A program made the translations under genes and the position numbers. A stretch of 38,349 nt of DNA, taken from IMG/VR virus record IMGVR_UViG_2681813146_000009, positions 1 to 38,349 of that record, one strand, 5' to 3'. This DNA is from a virus. Taxonomy: Duplodnaviria; Heunggongvirae; Uroviricota; Caudoviricetes. The notes beneath the pieces are model-generated. The model made no database searches, was not told the DNA's origin, and saw nothing but the letters and a program-made list of their open reading frames with translations. Below are positions 34,458-38,349 of this stretch, one piece after another (the stretch's first letter is position 1; every line of letters starts with the position of its first letter).

Positions 34458-36999
34458 TCTTGTTATTGACCTGAGTCTGGATGCTGTCCGTTTCGATGAG
34501 CAGATGAGCCGGGTAAGGCGTCATTTTTCAGGTCTGGATACCGACGCCAGAAAAACCGCCAGTGCTGTTGAACAGGGCCTGAGCCGCCAGGCGCTGGCTG
34601 CACAAAAAGCCGGGATTTCCGTCGGGCAGTATAAAGCGGCCATGCGAACCCTGCCCGCACAGTTTACGGATATCGCCACGCAGCTTGCCGGTGGTCAGAA
34701 TCCCTGGCTGATCCTGCTGCAACAGGGCGGTCAGGTGAAGGACTCCTTCGGCGGGATGATCCCCATGTTCAGGGGGCTTGCCGGTGCGATCACCCTGCCG
34801 ATGGTCGGGGTCACCTCGCTGGCGGTGGCGACAGGTGCGCTGGTGTACGCCTGGTACCAGGGAGATTCCACGCTTTCAGCGTTTAATAAAACCCTGGTTC
34901 TTTCCGGTAATCAGTCCGGACTGACTGCCGATCGCATGCTGACGCTCTCCAGAGCCGGACAGGCCGCAGGGCTGACGTTTAACCAGGCGAGTGAGTCACT
35001 GGCAGCCCTGGTGAATGCCGGTGTGCGTGGTGGTGAACAGTTTGATGCCATCAACCAGAGTGTCGCGCGTTTTGCTTCTGCATCCGGTGTGGAGGTGGAC
35101 AAGGTTGCAGAGGCTTTCGGAAAACTGACCACTGACCCGACGTCGGGGCTGATTGCGATGGCGAAGCAGTTCCATAACGTGACGGCGGAGCAGATTGCGT
35201 ATGTTGCTCAGTTGCAGCGTTCCGGCGATGAAGCCGGGGCATTGCAGGCGGCGAACGAGGCCGCAACGAAAGGGTTTGATGACCAGACCCGACGCTTGAA
35301 AGAGAACATGGGCACGCTGGAAACCTGGGCAGACAGGACAGCACGGGCATTCAAATCCATGTGGGATGCGGTGCTGGATATTGGTCGTCCTGATACCGCG
35401 CAGGAGATGCTGATTAAGGCAGAGGCCGCGTTTAAGAAAGCGGACGATATCTGGAATCTGCGCAAGGATGATTATTTTGTTAACGATGAAGCGCGGGCGC
35501 GTTACTGGGATGATCGTGAAAAGGCCCGTCTTGCGCTTGAAGCCGCCCGAAAGAAGGCTGAGCAGCAGAGTCAACAGGACAAAAATGCGCAGCAGCAGAG
35601 CGATACCGAAGCGTCACGGCTGAAATATACCGAAGAGGCGCAGAAGGCTTACGAACGGCTGCAGACGCCGCTGGAGAAATATACCGCCCGTCAGGAAGAA
35701 CTGAACAAGGCACTGAAAGACGGGAAAATCCTGCAGGCGGATTACAACACGCTGATGGCGGCGGCGAAAAAGGATTATGAAGCGACGCTGAAAAAGCCGA
35801 AACAGTCCGGCGTGAAGGTGTCTGCGGGCGATCGTCAGGAAGACAGTGCTCATGCTGCCCTGCTGACGCTTCAGGCAGAACTCCGGACGCTGGAGAAGCA
35901 TGCCGGAGCAAATGAGAAAATCAGCCAGCAGCGCCGGGATTTGTGGAAGGCGGAGAGTCAGTTCGCGGTACTGGAGGAGGCGGCGCAACGTCGCCAGCTG
36001 TCTGCACAGGAGAAATCCCTGCTGGCGCATAAAGATGAGACGCTGGAGTACAAACGCCAGCTGGCTGCACTTGGCGACAAGGTTACGTATCAGGAGCGCC
36101 TGAACGCGCTGGCGCAGCAGGCGGATAAATTCGCACAGCAGCAACGGGCAAAACGGGCCGCCATTGATGCGAAAAGCCGGGGGCTGACTGACCGGCAGGC
36201 AGAACGGGAAGCCACGGAACAGCGCCTGAAGGAACAGTATGGCGATAATCCGCTGGCGCTGAATAACGTCATGTCAGAGCAGAAAAAGACCTGGGCGGCT
36301 GAAGACCTGCTTCGCGGGAACTGGATGGCAGGCCTCAGGTCCGGCTGGAGTGAGTGGGAAGAGAGTGCCACGGACAGTATGTCGCAGGTAAAAAGTGCAG
36401 CCACGCAGACCTTTGACGGTATTGCACAGAATATGGCAGCGATGCTGACCGGCAGCGAACAGAACTGGCGTGGTTTCACCCGTTCTGTGCTGTCCATGCT
36501 GACAGAGATTTTTCTGAAGCAGGCGATGGTGGGGATTGTCGGGAGTATCGGCAGCGCTATTGGCGGGGCTGTTGGTGGCGGCGCATCCGCGTCAGGCGGT
36601 ACAGCCATTCAGGCCGCTGCGGCGAAATTCCATTTTGCAACCGGAGGATTTACGGGAACCGGCGGCAAATATGAGCCAGCGGGGATTGTTCACCGTGGTG
36701 AATTTGTCTTCACGAAGGAGGCAACCAGCCGGATTGGTGTCGGCAACCTGTATCGTCTGATGCGCGGGTATGCGGAAGGTGGTTATGTCGGCGGTGCCGG
36801 AAGTCCGGCGCAGATGCGGCGGGCCGAAGGTATTAATTTTAATCAGAACAATCACGTGGTGATTCAGAACGACGGTATCAACGGACAGGCGGGGTCGCAG
36901 CTGATGAAGGCGGTGTATGACATGGCCCGCAAGGGGGCACAGGATGAACTCCGGCTGCAGTTGCGTGATGGCGGTCTGTTATCAGGGAGCGGTCGATGA
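34438..36999 (+). CDS. H: Tail tape measure protein H
   Basis: 853-aa ORF in lambda H position; GGGAGG RBS. Confidence 0.9.
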   Translation: MSQPVGDLVIDLSLDAVRFDEQMSRVRRHFSGLDTDARKTASAVEQGLSRQALAAQKAGISVGQYKAAMRTLPAQFTDIATQLAGGQNPWLILLQQGGQVKDSFGGMIPMFRGLAGAITLPMVGVTSLAVATGALVYAWYQGDSTLSAFNKTLVLSGNQSGLTADRMLTLSRAGQAAGLTFNQASESLAALVNAGVRGGEQFDAINQSVARFASASGVEVDKVAEAFGKLTTDPTSGLIAMAKQFHNVTAEQIAYVAQLQRSGDEAGALQAANEAATKGFDDQTRRLKENMGTLETWADRTARAFKSMWDAVLDIGRPDTAQEMLIKAEAAFKKADDIWNLRKDDYFVNDEARARYWDDREKARLALEAARKKAEQQSQQDKNAQQQSDTEASRLKYTEEAQKAYERLQTPLEKYTARQEELNKALKDGKILQADYNTLMAAAKKDYEATLKKPKQSGVKVSAGDRQEDSAHAALLTLQAELRTLEKHAGANEKISQQRRDLWKAESQFAVLEEAAQRRQLSAQEKSLLAHKDETLEYKRQLAALGDKVTYQERLNALAQQADKFAQQQRAKRAAIDAKSRGLTDRQAEREATEQRLKEQYGDNPLALNNVMSEQKKTWAAEDLLRGNWMAGLRSGWSEWEESATDSMSQVKSAATQTFDGIAQNMAAMLTGSEQNWRGFTRSVLSMLTEIFLKQAMVGIVGSIGSAIGGAVGGGASASGGTAIQAAAAKFHFATGGFTGTGGKYEPAGIVHRGEFVFTKEATSRIGVGNLYRLMRGYAEGGYVGGAGSPAQMRRAEGINFNQNNHVVIQNDGINGQAGSQLMKAVYDMARKGAQDELRLQLRDGGLLSGSGR

Positions 37000-37325
37000 A
37001 AACCTTTCGCTGGAAAGTGAAGCCGGATATGGAGGTGAACTCGCAGCCATCGGTGCGTGAAGTGCGTTTTGGTGACGGGTACTCACAGCGTATGGCGGCA
37101 GGGCTGAATGCTGACCTGAAAACATACAGGGTGACGCTTTCCGTGACCCGGGAGGAGGCCCGGCATCTGGAAGCGTTCCTGGCAGAGCACGGTGGCTGGA
37201 AGGCATTTTTGTGGAAGCCACCCTATGCATACCGGCAGATAAAGGTGACCTGTGCCGGGTGGTCTGCGCGGGTCGGGATGTTGCGCGTTGAGTTCAGCGC
37301 GGAGTTTAAGCAGGTGGTGAACTGA
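36996..37325 (+). CDS. M: Minor tail protein M
   Basis: Lambda M similarity and position. Confidence 0.9.
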   Translation: MKTFRWKVKPDMEVNSQPSVREVRFGDGYSQRMAAGLNADLKTYRVTLSVTREEARHLEAFLAEHGGWKAFLWKPPYAYRQIKVTCAGWSARVGMLRVEFSAEFKQVVN

Positions 37326-38023
37326 TGCAGGATATTCGCGAAGAAAGTCTGAACGAGTCGGTTAAGTCAGAGCAGTCACCGCGGGTGGTACTCTGGGAAA
37401 TCGACCTGACGGTACAGGGTGGTGAGCGGTATTTTTTCTGTAATGAGCTGAATGAAAAAGGGGAGCCGGTCACCTGGCAGGGGCGTAAGTATGAGGCATA
37501 CCCGATTGACGGCAGCGGCTTTGAGATGAACGGCCGGGGCAGCAGTGCCAGACCGTCGCTGACGGTGTCCAATCTGTTCGGTCTGGTCACCGGGATGGCG
37601 GAAGACCTGCAGAGTCTGGTGGGGGCCACGGTGGTCCGCCGCCGGGTGTATGCCCGTTTTCTGGATGCGGTGAATTTCGTTGCGGGCAATCCGGAGGCGG
37701 ACCCGGAGCAGGAGCTGAGTGACCGCTGGGTGGTGGAGCAGATGTCGCAGCTGACAGCCATGACGGCCTCGTTTGTGCTGGCTACACCGACCGAGACGGA
37801 CGGGGCGCTGTTTCCCGGTCGCATCATGCTGGCGAACACCTGTATGTGGGATTACCGGGGAGATGAATGCGGGTATAACGGTCCTGCGGTGGCGGATGAG
37901 TTCGACAACCCCACCACGGATATCCGTAAGGACAGATGCAGCAAGTGCATGCGCGGGTGTGAGATGCGCGGCATGGTGGCTAATTTTGGCGGTTTCCTTT
38001 CCATTAACAAACTTTCGCAGTAA
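37325..38023 (+). CDS. L: Minor tail protein L
   Basis: Lambda L similarity and position. Confidence 0.9.
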   Translation: MQDIREESLNESVKSEQSPRVVLWEIDLTVQGGERYFFCNELNEKGEPVTWQGRKYEAYPIDGSGFEMNGRGSSARPSLTVSNLFGLVTGMAEDLQSLVGATVVRRRVYARFLDAVNFVAGNPEADPEQELSDRWVVEQMSQLTAMTASFVLATPTETDGALFPGRIMLANTCMWDYRGDECGYNGPAVADEFDNPTTDIRKDRCSKCMRGCEMRGMVANFGGFLSINKLSQ

Positions 38024-38028
38024 ATCCA

Positions 38029-38349
38029 ATGACACAGACAGAATCAGCGATTCTGGCGCATGCCCGGCGGTGTGTGCCTGCGGAGTCGTGCGGCTTAGTG
38101 GTGAGAACGCCGGAGGGGGAGCGGTATATCCCTTGTGTGAATATCTCTGCAGAGCCGGAGGCGTATTTTCGTATTGCACCGGAAGACTGGCTGCGGGCAG
38201 AGATGCAGGGGGAGATTGTGGCACTGGTCCACAGTCATCCCGGTGGGCTGCCCTGGCTGAGCGAGGCTGACCGGCGGCTGCAGATAAAAAGCGCACTGCC
38301 CTGGTGGCTGGTCTGCCGGGGTGACATTCACAAATTCCGCTGCGTGCCG
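38029..38349 (+). CDS. K: Tail assembly protein K, 3'-truncated by window edge
   Basis: Manual translation MTQTESAILAHARRCVPAESCG...HSHPGG matches lambda K N-terminus; ORF runs off window. Confidence 0.85.
   Translation, partial: MTQTESAILAHARRCVPAESCGLVVRTPEGERYIPCVNISAEPEAYFRIAPEDWLRAEMQGEIVALVHSHPGGLPWLSEADRRLQIKSALPWWLVCRGDIHKFRCVP

Noticed and set aside
37376-38296. 306-aa minus-strand ORF and 165-aa plus-strand ORF (37773..38270) across L and K
   Set aside because: They overlap strongly supported L and K homolog frames; low-complexity Arg/Ala/Pro-rich products; K reading frame confirmed by manual translation.

Overview
This window is a lambdoid prophage of an Enterobacteriaceae host (E. 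coli-like), read from its integrase end through the tail genes. All calls rest on reading the sequence and on recalled protein families; no database search was run. Order: int-xis and a large DEDDh exonuclease (-); a Qin-type dicB operon (ydfA/B/C-like, dicF sRNA, dicB, ydfD-like) interrupted by an AT-rich convergent gene pair; lambda-like immunity region (S24-type cI, three candidate OR operators, cro); O-like initiator with two internal iteron arrays and a lambda-P-like loader; nin region (hok-family toxin, DUF968/YdfU-like, RusA, Q); PR'/tR'; tRNA-Ile2(CAT) and tRNA-Arg(TCT); an AT-rich island in the slot where Stx phages carry stx (no stx genes here); nanS-p esterase; 21-type lysis cassette (pinholin, SAR endolysin, Rz/Rz1) with an unrecognised 296-aa gene between holin and endolysin; a TonB-C-domain lipoprotein and two small minus-strand genes before cos; then lambda-like Nu1, A, W, B, C/Nu3, D, E, FI, FII, Z, U, V, G/GT, H, M, L and a truncated K. 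The best candidates for undescribed biology are the cargo genes: the lysis-cassette insert, the stx-slot island, the TonB-C lipoprotein, the convergent pair inside the dicB operon and a small secreted Cys-rich peptide.
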